DNA of 64,000 bases, taken from assembly GCA_003971905.1 (NCBI GenBank), contig RSEE01000044.1, forward strand, positions 124,001 through 188,000. Reading direction: 5' to 3'. This document shows, one piece after another, positions 1 to 18,717 of the stretch; position 1 is the stretch's first letter, and each line of letters starts with the position of its first letter. Made by a program: the position numbers and the translations under genes. This stretch comes from Moniliella sp. 'wahieum'. Taxonomy: Eukaryota. A model generated the notes under the pieces. The model had not been told where the DNA came from, made no database searches, and was given only the letters and a program-made list of their open reading frames with translations.

Positions 1-576
1 CGAGGATGCAGTGGCCTAGGAGCGGAAGGTGGAACACCTACTGTCCTTCTAGAAACCGCTTGGTCTACGATCGTTTAAGGGGGCCTTGTATACCCCACAA
101 GGGCCTCTGAGACCTACTGTATCCTAATGAATCATGCAAACCATGGAACATGCAGTCTATATGCCGTATTGAAGAGAATTCCGACCGCCTCAACGCAAGA
201 GAACTTATTTCTATGACATGCCACATGTGGGAGAAGAGGGGAGAGGGATCAAGTCGATCAACGGCGTAAGATGATGCATCACGTAGATTTACCCAAAGAG
301 CCAGAGCGTGGCGAATGAACAAGGGGTGTATATAGCGGCCCTCTCGATTTCGGGCATCGCAAGCACCGACGCAAGCTGACCACCCCGAAGTACAGGCAGC
401 AGGTGCAACAGATCGTGGAATTAAGGCCCCAGATTTGGCAGCAGAACGAAACGGGAATAATGAGGGTGGACCGAGAAGGGGTAGGGGAGTAGGGAGTAGG
501 GGAGTAGGTATGCACGAACGGTGAAATACAAAAAGGAGAGAGATTAGAAGGAGACAGGGAGGGGGGGGGGGGCAAC

Positions 577-1725
577 CTAAAATGGTTGTTCAATCTCCTC
601 GTAAGGGGGAGGCAACTCGCCGTGCTCAACAAGTGGCGACATGGGCAAGCTGGCAGAGCGAACGGAGTGAGGGTGTCGACGGAGACCCTTCATCCCGCTG
701 TTCTGCGGGTCCAGGGAGGGGCGGGTGGGCGTGTCGGGCGTAGAGGAGCGGCGGGGAACAAGGCCGAAGCGCGCGAGCAGACTCGGCTCGGGCTTTGGGG
801 GGAAGACGCCAGTGCTCCCGAGACAGAAGCAACGCTGGTTCCTGGACTTGTAGTTGGACTCAGTGCATGCGTGTCGGGGGAGAGTGAAATCGACAGCCGA
901 GACGACGAGGCAGGATCCAGCGTCAAGGGCGAGGAACCAGCGACAGAGGGACGGGGGGAGCGAGTAAAGGAGAAGCTGGGCCTTGAGGAAGTGCGGATGG
1001 CCCGTGGGCCAACCTGGGCTTCTGACCCGACGGATTCTTGCTGGGAATCAATGGAGGCACGTAGATTGGGGTTGGAAGTGGCGAAGGCGAAGGCCGACGC
1101 GGAGGGACATGACGCGCAAACCCACCCCACTCACTCCACTCGTGGGCGGAAGCAGAGGCAGCAACCGAGGTAGATGCCTGCTCTCGAGGCGGGTCGTGGT
1201 AGTTCAGCACATTAACAGAGTGCATGATCCACATTTCTGACAACTCCTCCCTGTTCTCTGCCAGGTCAGGATGAAGCGCGGCATGGCGAAAGAGAGCGTG
1301 CTGTTCTCGCCGTTCCCGTTGTGCGGCTCGACTGGATTGATCTCGAGGAGGGGGATTGCCCGCCCGGGAGCGCTCGGCGCGAGTGGGTGGTAAAGTGTCA
1401 CGCCCAGTCGACCCAGTGGATTGATCGCGGTGGGGACGAGGGCGGGGACGAGACTGAGGGTGTGCGCTTCGAGTGGTGGAGGCCGTGGGGGGGCATTCAC
1501 ATATTCGTCGGACGTGGGCGGGGCAGTGTTGGGCGTCTCAACAGGGGCGGTGGCGACCAGCGCATCGGCCGAAACGCGGCGGAGCTTGAGACTGGGAACG
1601 AATTTACGGGCCATTACTTTGCGCATGCGCCGCCTCTGGTCAGGGGGTGACGCTGGGGGGCACTCGGCGTGCTTGAGAGCAGGGGCCGAAGGGGCGCGGG
1701 CGTGGGCGTGCTGCGGCTGGGGCAT
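577..1725 (-). CDS. Hypothetical Ser/Pro-rich protein with a C-terminal PPxY motif
   Basis: Joined from minus-strand ORFs 1204..2085 (from ATG 1725, MPQPQHAHA), 923..1243 and 690..1130, plus a final frame reading ...GELPPPYEEIEQPF-TAG (577-579). Frame switches are assumed to be indel errors. No family recognised. Confidence 0.45.
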
Positions 1726-4210
1726 GCTGGGCAGGATGGACAAATGGTCCCGATAGGATGGGCAGGGCTGGGAGGAGAAGGAGAAGGAGGAGATGCGAGA
1801 GGTGTTGATGGTGGTCGACCAGACCGGTGGGCGTCGGGCAGAAGTAGACAATGGAATGGAAGGACGCGCCAAAGGAGGCTGGAGCAGCACGGCGTGCGGC
1901 GGGTACTGGCGCCATGCCGCAGAGGGGCGGGGCAGCAGCGGGGACCAGCCATCGACTGTGCGTCCCGGCCGAGCGCGAGCTGCTGCTGCCGTGGCGGCGC
2001 GGCGGCGCAGCAGTGGGGTCTGCGGCGTGCTGCCCAGTGTTTCGCGACGCGTGACTGACGTCACCGTGCAAGTGACATGCGACACGTGAGTCTCACGGCT
2101 GAGCTGGTGCAGCCACGCTGGGGTTCACACGCATGTCACACGCCAGTGCCTCAGTGTCCTGCTCGGTATCAGCACTCTGGTACTCGCACGCAACCTTCAA
2201 AGCTCTGCGCCTCAGCGCGGCCAACAAGCGCCGCCAGAGAACGCCACCGACTGTGTCCTTACTTGCTTCCAAAATCCAAGTGCAATCATTTGTGACCGGT
2301 GACGTGCATGACAGGGCATGGCACACAGAAACTCCCTCACCAAATGCACCCATGCCTGTGAATGTGACGCAGACAGCTCTTGCATGCTGGGACGGCCTGA
2401 GGCCTTTGACATTGAGAAGATCGATGACCTCGTGGCAACCAAGGGCAGCCACCGACCGTCGGCCACCTCCCACGGCTGCAAGTGCAAGAAAAGGCCAAGC
2501 CCCACAGCCCAAACGAGTATATACCACACGCAAGACGCCGGCGCAATCGGGGAAGCACTTAAGCACCCGAGCACAGAGACCCCTGGTCGGCCCAGCGCCA
2601 GTGTACACGGCGTATCACTCAAACATCGGGCGGTGATTCCGGCGTATATTAGTGATCGATGATCAATCGGTTATTTATCGCGGTAATCGAAAGCGCTAAT
2701 CTAATCGCAATCGAAATAATAACAACAGCAGAATCGAGCTCAAGCGTGGGCGAGAGCATCCGATGCCTGGGCATGAGCGGCAGCTTGTCGCTTCCAAAGC
2801 CTCCGCTGAGCCTCCGCAAATGGCCTGATCGCCTTAAAAGCCCCTTAGGCCCTTAGGCCTTACTGCTTAGAGCTTCAAGCTTCAAGTAGTGACGTTTGTG
2901 ACCAGTATTGTCACTATTTGTTCAGCCAACGGGTGTCACGCATGTCAAATGTCAGCGGTCGCTTGGCAGGGAACATCCGTTTTGTGGCATGGACCCTTGT
3001 GACCTGGCGCCCCGGGGCCACGCTAGTGCCAGGCCACGCGCCACACTAAGCGCCACCCGAACGCCACGCGAGTGTCACACGTCACGCGCCGCCACGTTCG
3101 CCATTGCAGGGAAGGGGGAGCGTACTGGGGGTTGCCTATCTACGTTCTACGTTCTACGACGTTGGTGTGCTTCCTCCAACGTTGCAACAGATAGTTGCTA
3201 GCGCGATTCGTCGGACATTGGTTGCTGTCGCACCGCCGTGTTAGAGGAGAGCCGTGCAGCAGAACCTTCCCAGCATCCAGGAGGCGCTTGGAGCTTGATT
3301 TTTTCATCACGCGTCGCCTTTCTCCGCTCCCGTTCGCTTTACCGCGTTATCGACGTCACGCGTCACGCGTCATACGTCATCGCGCGTCTTCTGTAGCAAG
3401 ATTCTGCAAGACCAGGCAAGATGCCTCGCACAAAGTCTTTTCCTGGCCTTTCCCAGCTCCTGGAAGAAGCTCCAGAGGTTCCCACCTGTTCCCTCAGGCC
3501 TCATCGCTTCAAATGTCAGAGAGCTTCAAGCCCAGGGGCCCAACGGTGCAGTGTTCAGTAGTACGTTTATCGATGAGGCCTCCTGGGCCTGATCTTTTGA
3601 AAGCGGCGATTACTCCGTCCGAGCAGCCTACGTTGCGACTTGCAACCATTACTAGCTCATTACTAGTTACCAGTTACCTAGTTACTAGCTTTACTGGTTC
3701 TCCCGGTTAGTTCCAGGTCGCACGTATCCCCTCCGGCTAAACATGCACTAGTCGCACGGGAGGCCCTGTGGGGACGCCGGACGGACCGCGGACGAGCAGC
3801 ACGAAGAGCAACCCAGAGCAACCCATTAGGCCTAGGCCTCTCGCCCTGAGGCAGTCTCTGCTATCATGCGTTTCATGCTCATCCAATACCATCTACACCC
3901 TCCCCGCCCCGATGCCCTGCTCGGCGATGTCCATAGCATGCGCGGGGCCATGCGTGCCAGTATCGAGCTTCGTAACGTGGGGCTAGCTTCATCAAAATTT
4001 CGTATCCCGACCGAAAGAACCCTCGGGCCGGTTTGCATGCACGATGCACCTGTGGCCGGACTACTCACCCGCACCGCTCATCTCTACAGCGCTCGCATTG
4101 CATGCCCTCAGAACCCCTCCCTGACCCACCCAACCCTCCATTATACAGAACACAATCGCATCAGTCAACAGCCCAATGACGCTTAACGGGGAAGGTCCAG
4201 TTTCACTCGG

Positions 4211-9219
<5,009 letters not shown>

Positions 9220-10091
9220 CTAACCGTGCGTTCCTCGTCGGGCCGCGCCTGACGATAGCGTCCGCGGCACTAGCCCGCAGGCCAGCACAGAGCCAGTACG
9301 CGCTCCGCGCCCACTGTCCCGGCCCCCGCGCACAAGCCCACTCCCCATCACATACTGGTCCTGTGCTGGCCGGCCTCTTGACCCGCCTCTTGACACGCCT
9401 TGCGCACAGTGGGCTAGTGCGCGCATCACGCATCACCCCATGTGGGCGCCCCAGCCGTCGCAACGCGTAACCAAAGGTACCAATCCGCTGGCTGGCCAAG
9501 CCTGCACAAACCCCACCTGCTCGATGATTCATGAGCGCTCGCAACGCGAAACTGCGTAACCGGTAACCTTCCTTATCCGTTCCCGCCCCGCCCCACCCAC
9601 CAGACACCCGCCGATCCTCGCTGCGCATGTCAGCTGATACACTCATGCCCCCTGTCTCCAACAATTCGCCGACGCAGCCGTCATCGCGCGTATCCCATCC
9701 CATCCTTCCGAGTCGGGGTTTCTTCTGTCAACATGTCAACAATCATCGATCACAGCACTCAATAACTCAGTGCTGAATACCGCCTTCTCCGTATTGAGTC
9801 CAAAACCCTGTGACGCTCTGAGCCTCAGCGGCTCAGCACAGCACTGCGGCCCAGGCGCTTAGCCTGATTAATGATTCAACCTTGGTCTTGACTGCTTGAA
9901 AAGCTTGACCTCTCAGACTATCTCACGCGCATGGAAGGAGTCATTGACGCTTGCGTTTTGTTGCCGCCTACTCGCCTTAAAACTAGTAGTTAACTGTATG
10001 TGTTGACTGAACCGCAGGGCATCCCATAAGAGTGCTAGAGTGCGACTTGGGAGCACTCGCGATCCTATGGATCAGCTGCAAAGCAGCCTTC

Positions 10092-10241
10092 AGACAAGGC
10101 GTGAAGGCAAAGTGGTGAGCCACAAGTCTTCAAGCAACGTCTGATTGTGAGGAGCAACAGGTCAAGAAAGGAAGCAGAGGCGTACCTTAGACAAGGCGTG
10201 AAGGCAAAGTGGTGAGCCACAGTCTTCAAGCAAACGTCTGA
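10092..10241. repeat. Two ~53-bp direct repeat copies (10092-10144 and 10189-10241)
   Basis: AGACAAGGCGTGAAGGCAAAGTGGTGAGCCACA(A)GTCTTCAAGCAA(A)CGTCTGA occurs twice, 44 bp apart. Confidence 0.95.
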
Positions 10242-12982
10242 AGGGAAGGAGAAGGAGAGAGAGAAGGGAGATGGAGCGAGCAGGGCGTGCGCGGCCTGCG
10301 AGCGGAACGCTTCCGCTCGGCTAGGCGAGCGTCACCGATCCATTGAGGGCGCGCAGGAGAACCCTAGCAGTACCCTCTAACAAAGAGCGCTTTTTGTCGC
10401 CACTTGATCTCATTGCATCCCCCCTTTCTCGACCCCCTCCCCCGTCCATGGCAATAGTTAGACGCTAACTGGGTTGGCATGTTGGTGACAGTTGAGGGGT
10501 CATTCTAGTATATAGCTCTCATTTCTGTCATCGTTGGCTGATCTCTCTCCCATTCCGATTTCTTCGTGCCGGGCGTCTTGCTCTTTCCCTTTCTTCCATT
10601 CGCGGGTCTACTCTTACTTCTTCTCCACGAATGATTGCTACATCCCTTGGCCTATTAGTCCCGATTCTGATTCTGGTTCTCTCGCCTTAACCCCGACTGT
10701 GACATTGTCGTTCGTGGGGAAAAAGCACGACTGTGACACTCTCCTCCACAGTGTCGATTTTTGGACACTGTGGAAAGAATTACTTAATACTTAAGAAGAG
10801 TCTCTCTCCTGGAGATGGTTCACACTCTTCAGATGTCCACCACTCTTATTCGTATGCGCGTGGGCTAATACCTCTCGGATATATGGAAACGAATGGTGTG
10901 GGCGCAGAGAGAGGGTCCTGACCAACTGGCGGATTCCCTGCTTTCATAATCGGGTTTGGCGCCAACAACAAGCGACACACGTCGGGTGAGGAGGTCGGTT
11001 TAGGCGCTGCGTTTCTTTATCCCAGTCTTTAGCAAGGTTCATATGAAAGGAGCTTTCTCTTGAGCGTCGAGATGCAGACGATGTGGCACACTAACGTTCA
11101 ACAAACGCATAATTATATGCTCTTTGTTCAACGTTCATCACGCAAAACACACAATAACCCACCGCACATATAGAAGGTGTAACATCTTTCCCCCCTTCTT
11201 TAAGAAAGGTGGACTATATATATACTTACTGCACACAGGGTAATATACCAGAGGTTTTCAAGGCGATTGCAAGCCCGGAGCGCATACATGAACGGAAACG
11301 GTATGTGCATGATCGATCATCATCACTAGTCACTCAGACCATACAAGACGGGGTGACGCCGGTGATGCACGCCCTGTGTGTGAAAGTCCGCCGGCTTCAA
11401 GAAAATAAAAGCGACAGAACACAGCATAACCTTCTTCCTTAGTTCATTGAGCATTTGTCTCCTCCTCAACCCTACTCCTTTTGCAATCCATTCGTCCCCA
11501 ATCGTCCCTAGCACTCCGAAAGCGTTGTCCACCTACATTTCTGTTGTTGGCTCAATGTATCTCTTCCACATGTTGTTTTGACCCATCACCGGTCCGGGTA
11601 CAGCAGCCACAGTATCTGTATATAGTGTTGTGTTACATGTACCGGCGACGGCGGGGTGGCCGAGCCCCTCCGAGCTCATCCTTTCCCTTTGTCTCTTGCC
11701 TGGGTTAAGTCCACATCAAGGCTAGGCTGGCTTGTCTGAACGTTGAAAAACCATGCGCTCCGTTGTGTTCAAACAGAGCATGTTCCCATCGTATGCAAAA
11801 CTAAATAGGATCAAGTCTCTTTCGTACCTCGAGAGGTGGTCTGTGCGTGAGCTTCTGTGTCCGTGATGTTATCATTTTCTTGTCTACACGTTTTTTCCTT
11901 TCGTCTTTCGTCGTTTTGTACAGTATCCTTTCCAATCCATCCTTGACCGACCAGGCAAACTCCCGTGTTACTCCTAGCTCTCATCACCGTGTATATAATC
12001 CCGAGAGCATGAACACTACTGAGAGCGAGAGCCCAGACAGAGCATTGTTTGGCTTATTGTGGTACTGCAATGCAGTTGACTTGATGATATGAGCTTCAAG
12101 TGTCAACGTCTCACATAAGGCGAGAGGGAGAGAGACTATGTGTGCAGACACGATGGGCTATATATCAATGGGGACGGATTGAGCTGTGTTGAACTACGTC
12201 GTTCAAGTGCATGAACTTTAACGTGTTCAACGTCCATCCTGTTTGCCAAGCAATATGGAGGGGCACGGCTATGCGGAAAATGAGATGATGAGAACGAGGG
12301 GTCTGGGGCATGCAGAAAGCTAGGGGTGCGGGCTGGTGCGGGCGAGCGGCGCTTGAAGCCTGAGCTTGAGCGCGGTGGCCTACGAGAACAGGTACGCTGC
12401 GGAGATGCATATAGTGGCAAGGGCACAGCGGCTGCCAGGCACCAACCTGGACACTGCCCCCCTGCAGCTGGTCCAAGCGACAGGTGGCGCAGCGCCTGCA
12501 GCCACGGCGATAGAGCACCGGAGCTCGCGGGCGGAGGCAGGGGGGCAGTGCGCAGCCAGGCCAAAGTGGAGCATCCGCACATGAGCCACGCTCTGCCCAC
12601 GGGACCCTGGCCAACGCAGCAGCACCAGGCTGCACCAGCCAGCACCAGCCAGCACCAACGCCTACTCGACAGCAAGCGAGTAGCCACCAGCGCCGTCCCG
12701 CAGCTCGGCCCTGCTCTGTCTCCCCTGGCCTGAGGCATGATGCCTGCCTGATACGCCTGATACGCCTTATAGTCTGCCAGCCCACCGTGCACCCCAGACG
12801 CCTACCGCCTAACGCCTACTGTCTGGCGCCTGACTGCCTCACCGATGATCATCATTGCCCCCCCCACCACCCATACCAACCCTACTGCGCCCCTTCTTTT
12901 CGTGCCCTCCACCACCACATTGCTCCCCTCGCCTACCCCCCCCCCCCCATCCCATCATGTCGCGCTCCCGAGAGATTCGGCC

Positions 12983-14984
12983 ATGACCAAGGCGCGCTCC
13001 CTCTTCCGCCCCCGCTCCCGCTCTCGCTCCCAGTCCCGTCCGGCAGCATTAGCACCGCCGACGTCTCCCCCCCCAGCTCCACTCCTGCCAGCCACGAGCA
13101 GCCGTCCACGGCGCTTCCAGGCTCCCTTCCCTCAAGCTCTCTCTCCCATTTGGCACTGGCAGCGGCCTTTTCAATGGCGGTGTTGCGGGCAACCATCAGC
13201 CTGGGCCCCCCTCGCCTCAGCCCGCAAGTCGGGCCCCCACAACAGCGCATGGCAGTATCCCCCCCCGAACCTCTTCTCCTTGCCGTTCGACTCTGGCAGT
13301 ATCAAAGGCAACGGTTTTCCATCCATGGCGCATTTACCTCTCTGCTCCTTCGTCGACACCAGCACCAACGGAATTGACCTTGCTTCCTCAATGGCCACCA
13401 GCCAGCTCATCCGCCACGGATGTACGTCGCACAGCACCCCCCTCGGCCACACGCTCCCACCCTCCCATTTCATCCTCGGCATTTCTTGCTCAAAGCAATC
13501 CTTCTGCCATGGATGCGGGGCGTAAGGTGATCCGCCGCAAGTTCAAGGCCCCCACAGTGCTCAACTTTGTCTTGGGCCGGGGCCAAAGGCTCGGGAAAGT
13601 CCACGTTTTGCCAGACGTTCCTCGAGACGTGCGACTTATCGCTGTGTGACGAGTCGGTTAAACGGGGTGCGTCTTGTCATTCAGATCCTTCCCGCAGGTT
13701 GAATATGCGTGAAATCAGAGAGCTGACTTGCATTTCTTCCTCGTGCAGATGTTGCCGCTTTTGTGTCCACGGTCAACACCCCTCTAGTTGGAAAGGCGCG
13801 TCGGGCTCGCGAAGCCCAAAGTCAGAAACCCATGACACTCTCCGGGATTGAGATCAAGGCCGGAGACAGCCTTGAGGACTTGGACGGGGTTCTACAAAGC
13901 CATTTGGACCTCCAAGTTCAAGCCCAGGCGGACCGTACTTTACGGACAAACGCCTCAGGTGGAGGCACGAGTGAGAATCGACTGCGCAAGGCATCGGATG
14001 CTCCTTCGACAACGAGTGTGCAATCTCGTCACGCCGTGGGTCCTCGCGCATTCTGCAGCTCTCGATCATTGACTGCCCGGGGTTGAGTTGCCGCGCATGT
14101 CGGGCAGCAAGATATCGGCGGCGGACGAGTTGGCCGTCGAGCTGGCCCTTCAGCCTTTGCTCGAGATTATCCAGGGCCGGTTTTCCTCCTCCCTGGGAGA
14201 AGAAGTGAAAGTTAGCCGGACTAAGCAGGAGGACAACCACATCCATGCCATTCTTTACTTTATCGATCCAAAGTCCCTCGTCCTGCTCGCCCTCCGCCCA
14301 AGACGAAGGGGAACCAAGCCGTGGTGCCCGATCCCGATGTGGGCGTGCGCCTGTGCGCCAGCGACGTCCGGGTGGTCCAGCGTCTGGCCGCAAGGGCCAA
14401 TGTGATTCCAATTCTGGCCAAGGCAGACCAATTGACGGAAGCTGAGACTGCGCGCGCACGGCAGGGAATCCGCACTTCATTTGAGGACCTGGGTCTACTC
14501 ACTCTCTTCTGAGGAAGACCCAGATGGGGAAGAGTCAGACGAGTCGGACGAGGAAGAGGACGGCCTGGGCGCTCCCTTGAAACTTAGCAAACATCATTGT
14601 CATTTTGATCCAGATCTAGAGTGGCCCTACGCATTGGTGTTGCCCGAGGCTGAGCCCCTTGTCTCCTCCATCACGAATGACCAGGACAGTGACGTTCTGC
14701 TCCGTCGATGAAGAGCAAAACGCTCCTGAATTTAGCGAGGCTACAAGTTTCCACTTCCAGCGTCGGTTCAAATGGGGCACCTAGACGTGCTCAATCAAGC
14801 GCATTGCGACTTCAGACAACTGCGTTCCAACCTGCTCTTCCATGATATCGATGTGCGTTTCATCTGTTCTTTTCTTCGATTTGACCTCGCTGACCCGCAA
14901 TCCCTCAATGTTAACATTGTGAAGGAGTTACAAGGAACGACGCAGATGTACTATGAAGAGTATCGGTCTGAGCGTCTGAAGTGA
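12983..14984 (+). CDS. Divergent (non-core) septin-like GTPase
   Basis: G1 GAKGSGKST, G3-like IIDCPG, DNHIHAILYFIDP, G4 NVIPILAKAD, WPYAL, septin unique element RRFKWGHLDVLNQAHCDF and the ending YEEYRSERLK*. Intron at about 13667-13748 (GTGCGT..CTGAC..CAG). Start codon is uncertain. Confidence 0.88.
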
Positions 14985-17057
14985 TATCTGACTCTCCATG
15001 GATATCCCCCCTCCTTCTGTTTTCCAAGTGCCTAACAATAGAGCACCATTTGCCCGTTGGAGTTTTCTTTTTTTCGCGCGAACCTCCGACCAACACCCTC
15101 CAATTCTTTCCCTCACGCCAAAAGAGGACATGCCAGCGCTGCACGAAATGACCAAGATCTGCCATGCTGGTTCATGGCTATGCTCTTCTTTCCCTGTCTT
15201 CAAAAAACAATGCTGCGCCAGGTCTCTTTGACCCACCCGCTTCACCTCCTTCATCAAGATGCCGGATTCTGGTTACTTTTTTTTGTTCTGCGCTCCCCCT
15301 CCCCCCCCATCTCCCAAACACCACACAGTCCTCTCATCCCACTGATGCCTGTCCCTTTTTTCTAACCTTGGCCTTCACCTTCTGTCATTTCCGCCTTCTC
15401 CCTGCCATTCTCTCGTTAGAGAGAAGATCGAATGGCGATGGGCACCGTCTGGTGGGGTGGCTTGGCCGGGCGGGCGAGGCCCACCACATTGTCCTTCCTC
15501 ACCTTTGGAATCAAGCCCTCTGTACATCTCTATTGTAGGAAACCGGATCCTCGTGGCTAGGCCGCCACTGGGACGAGGGGGGCGGCACGATCTGTGCCGT
15601 GTCACATGTCAGCATGCCCCCCTCTTCTCCCTTCCTCATCGACATCTTCAATTGCTGTGGGAGTTAACTAGTTAATCGAGAATCGACCATAGACATCTTT
15701 TACCCCGCATTCCAACATTTCATTTCAGCCGGCGCAGTCTAAATTAGATAACCAGCAACACTCCTGGCTCGCTTGCAGCATCTAGCTTGGCTCCACCACA
15801 CCTCGCCTCGCCATGCTGCGCATCTCCCTGGTCCCACCTCGGGTGGCCAAACGAGCTCATACATGGTTTTCCGTGCCAGTTCCTACGGACCCACTTCCCC
15901 CCCCCGTACAGCGGAGGAAGAGCCGGCAGGGCGCTAAGAGCCGACGGCCCCGGGCCCCGCTTGGCGCGAAAGACGTCTCCTGCGGCGGACAGATGACCAC
16001 CCGTGCGCAGGGCCTGTCTCCTGTCCAAGATGACTCTTGTTATTTGGCCGAGGGCTACTTGGACGCAAACCCTTTGTCTCGTGGACCGTCGATGGATCGT
16101 CGTTCCCTGGATGCGGCGAATTCCGTGTTGGAGGAAGAGACGCTCCTCGTTGCTCTGACAAACTTTGGGACAATCCAGACTTGGTTGCTGCCAAAGTCGG
16201 TTCACCACCCGCGAGAGTCGCGATGCAAATGAAAATCTAAGGAAATTGTCGATTGCATCTTCCCTTGGTCGTTGGATCATGTACCTCGTACCGACGTTGA
16301 TCTGACCTCAGCCTCTAGTCGCCACCGTCCTTTTCCCCTTTGTGCGCCACTACCACATTCGTTTTTGACGCTACGGCCTGAGCCCCTGGGTATCGGGAAA
16401 CCCAAAGCGTGTTTTGTCCTCTTCTGCAAAACCAGTTCCCCTTCTTGTCCTCACCCTTTTGCATTATTTTATTGTTCGCGCCGTTCGCCAAGTCATCCCA
16501 AAACATTTGTTCCTGGCCAAACTTACGACGTTGCTCATCGATGTTGTGCAGTCCCCAAGACGACTCCTGGCCACGCCATTGCCAACATTCAATCAATCAC
16601 AAGCCCATCTTCTCTTCATAACTGGAAGTGGCTACTCAATGCCCAGTACTTCATCTTTTCCCTTTCCCATTTCTACGAGTGAAACTTGCATTCCAACGCA
16701 TTGCTAAGGTCATTGTACAGCCTCTGGTTACGATCGGGACCGATGGCAAAGGGCACAGGTGGTACCCTCGTAAGCTGGAAGTAAAGCTGGAAGGCCCGTG
16801 GCCATAATGCACCAAATGTTCGAATTATTCGCTACGTTGGAGGGAATGTATAACTGGAGAACATAAGCCGCTGTCGCCTCGCGCTCTGACAAGGTGCACA
16901 CGCCGTTGCCCTTCCCAGCGTGGGGGGGAAGGCGACAGGGAGAAGGTCGGTCCAGGCTAGGGAGTAAAGGGGAACATGCATAGGTCTCTAAATGTCCTCT
17001 AAATGTGTGTGCATAGAATCAACGATCCCCCAGCCAGCTGGAACCACAGCAGTGGGC

Positions 17058-17410
17058 TCAAAGGTTCAGCTTGGTGCGACGCCAGTTGCGACGGAACTTG
17101 TTGTACTGGATCTTGTTGTCCGTCTTCATACGGAACCACTGGGGGATGGGGCTGCAGGGCAAATGGGTTAGCCAGCCATCACATAAGGGGTGCGGGAGGC
17201 CTGAGAAAAGGTGCCCGGACAACGAGAATGGGAGCGGGCCCGGCGCCGGTGGGTCGGGCAAAGGTAGACATTCAACGCGCGTCGATGCACCGCTCCCAGT
17301 CCCCTCCTCATTGGCACGACGACATTTCTCCTGCGTTCGGTAACGTACCGGTTGGTTCTGCCCGCCTTGGCCAGGGCCGACTTAGTGCGGAAGGTCTTGT
17401 GCGAGGGCAT
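17058..17410 (-). CDS. RPL39: 60S ribosomal protein eL39
   Basis: Exon 1 (17410-17349) [21 protein letters not shown], intron 17348-17152 (GTACGT..GCTAAC..CAG), exon 2 [30 protein letters not shown]. Confidence 0.98.
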
Positions 17411-18080
17411 TGGTGCTAAAGCCGATGGTCTAGGGCTTCGTCCCTACAGCGCAAACGCGGTAGTTCAGAATGAGCTGGCGGGGAGGGGCATGATATTAGG
17501 GTTCCATGGATACCGGCAGTAGGTCTGTGTAGAACCAGAATCCCTCGAAGTCAGCATGGCGGCAGTGCTCCATTTCCCAAATATAATTATTGCGCCAATA
17601 TCCTCCGCGCACCTTGGTGCTGCTTCCAGGCAGTGGCGGATGTCCGACGGGTCCGACTTGAATGGCAGGGTCAATATTCAATGCTACTGGGCATAAGAAC
17701 ATCAAGGGACGAACAATCATTAACCACCCTAGGTGGAGTATGTTGGAGCGGGCGGAGCGCGTAGACTCAACGTTTCCCTCTCGAATAATTGCCATGAACG
17801 TTACACCCGAGCTCGTTCACCTGCCTATCTTGGTCATGCGCGGTGGGCGATGCTAATGACCGATGCACCAATGACTGGTGCACCTCCTACACTACTCAAC
17901 TGAATACCGTCTCACGACATGGGGTTTGGCAGGATCTAGATTGGCTGAGCGTACCAGACAGGGGTGGGGGTACACATGAATCGGATTCATAGCGAACTCC
18001 AATCGGGTAGCATGGAGCCTAGACTCAGCCAACCGAGACGGTTTTGGTAGGCAAAATGCCTCAGGGCGATATGAACACCG

Positions 18081-18559
18081 TTAAATGTAAGTGTCGTAGG
18101 CAATGGGCGCGAGCGTCTCGGGGAGGTTGTCCTCCGTCTTGATGACGCGGGCGTCACGGGGAAGAGCGGGACGGCGCTTAAGGTCGAACGTTTCGCCGGC
18201 CTCCTTCGCAATGCGCTTCTTTCCGCGTTCGACTTGACGCGAGCCAGGAAGTCGTCACGGCACTTGGAGTGCTTGACGTCTCACACGGACGTTGACGCGC
18301 TTCTCCATGTAGCGGCCACCCACAATCTTGTAGATGATCACACCCACCGCACGGGGAGCCACGTTGTACACCACACCAGTGCGACCGTGGTAGTACTTGT
18401 GCGGCATACCCTTCTGGATAGCACCGTTGGCCTTGATGTCGACAATGTCGCCAACGTGGTAAGGCCGCAGGTAGGTCGACAGGGGGATCTGACCGTGCTG
18501 GCGGAAACCGCGCTTGAAGAGGTCGCGCTGCGCGCCCGGTAACCGAAGGAGTGGGGCAT
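18081..18559 (-). CDS. RPL21: 60S ribosomal protein eL21
   Basis: [78 protein letters not shown]. Several indels. A 5'UTR intron lies at 18562-18717. Confidence 0.98.
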
Positions 18560-18717
18560 GGCTGGACAAAAAAGCACAAGGGTCAGTTAGGGGTCACGTC
18601 AAATACCTGGATGCCGCATGGAGTGCTGGCAACTGGAAGGGTTGGATCAGATTCTTCTGTGGGCTCTCCCCTGGCCCTTCCACGATGCCACACCCCATAG
18701 GCTGGCGTGCAACTCAC

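Noticed and set aside
10092..10241. Direct repeat pair as a CRISPR array or LTR pair
   Set aside because: There are only two copies in a eukaryotic context, with no cas or retroelement genes and no TG..CA termini.
15800..16700. Plus-strand ORF chain between the septin and RPL39
   Set aside because: No recognisable family or consistent reading frame could be reconstructed.
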